Part shown: one piece after another, positions 63,480 through 64,000 of the stretch | Position numbering within the stretch: position 1 is the stretch's first letter | How the letters are laid out: each line of letters begins with the position of its first letter | NCBI RefSeq assembly: GCF_023055435.1 | Contig: NW_025963890.1 | Span: 52,576,001-52,640,000, forward strand | DNA: 64,000 nucleotides | Reading direction: 5' to 3' | DNA from: Haliotis rufescens | Lineage: Eukaryota | Program-made: the position numbers and the translations under genes | The notes under the pieces: generated by a model | Database searches by the model: none | What the model saw: only the letters and a program-made list of their open reading frames with translations | Told to the model about the DNA's origin: nothing

Positions 63480-64000
63480 TGGGGACCTATTCTGCACAGG
63501 AATCCTCATGGGGAGACAAGCATTGGGTACTGGGGAACTATTCTGCCCAGGAATACTCATGGGGAGACAAGCATTGGGTACTGGGGAACTATTCTGCCCA
63601 GGAATCCTCATGGGGAGACAAGCATTGGGTACTGGGGAACTATTCTGCCCAGGAATACTCATGGGGAGACAAGCATTGGGTACTGGGGAACTATTCTGCC
63701 CAGGAATACTCATGGGGAGACAAGCATTGGGTACTGGGGAACTATTCTGCCCAGGAATACTCATGGGGAGACAAGCATTGGGTACTGGGGAACTATTCTG
63801 CCCAGGAATACTCATGGGGAGACAAGCATTGGGTACTGGGGAACTATTCTGCCCAGGAATATTCATGGGGAGACAAGCATTGGGTACTGGGGAACTATTC
63901 TGCCCAGGAATCCTCATGGGGAGACAAGCATTGGGTACTGGGGAACTATTCTGCCCAGGAATATTCATGGGGAGACAAGCATTGGGTACTGGGGAACTAT
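63480..64000. repeat. 51-bp minisatellite running off the right edge
   Basis: Unit ggaatactcatggggagacaagcattgggtactggggaactattctgccca. Confidence 0.93.

Overview
Eukaryotic, intron-rich animal genomic DNA. The SINE families look molluscan, plausibly abalone (recall, not verified). Three genes are clearly recognisable: the 5' part of HBS1L (minus strand, 4 exons plus a large SKI7/HBS1LV3-like exon running off the left edge), ITPA head-to-head with it (plus, 3 coding exons, 193 aa), and a complete 9-exon annexin (minus, 332 aa). There is also a candidate orphan plus-strand gene (~36.6-51 kb) and candidate 3' exons of a minus-strand gene near 63.2 kb. The rest is a decayed DIRS retrotransposon, a decayed LINE, three SINE families sharing a 3' tail, several MITEs, a Helentron-like element and about 18 minisatellite arrays. 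All long ORFs in the ORF track are tandem-repeat artefacts. Two patterns stand out. (1) Several minisatellites are built from a gene's own exon/intron junction, giving arrays of duplicated splice sites. (2) Three 22-29 bp palindromes (CAGAGACCATATA...TATATGGTCTCTG), each flanked by a 7-bp duplication, look like P-element-type excision footprints. All coordinates were read by eye; repeat boundaries are approximate.
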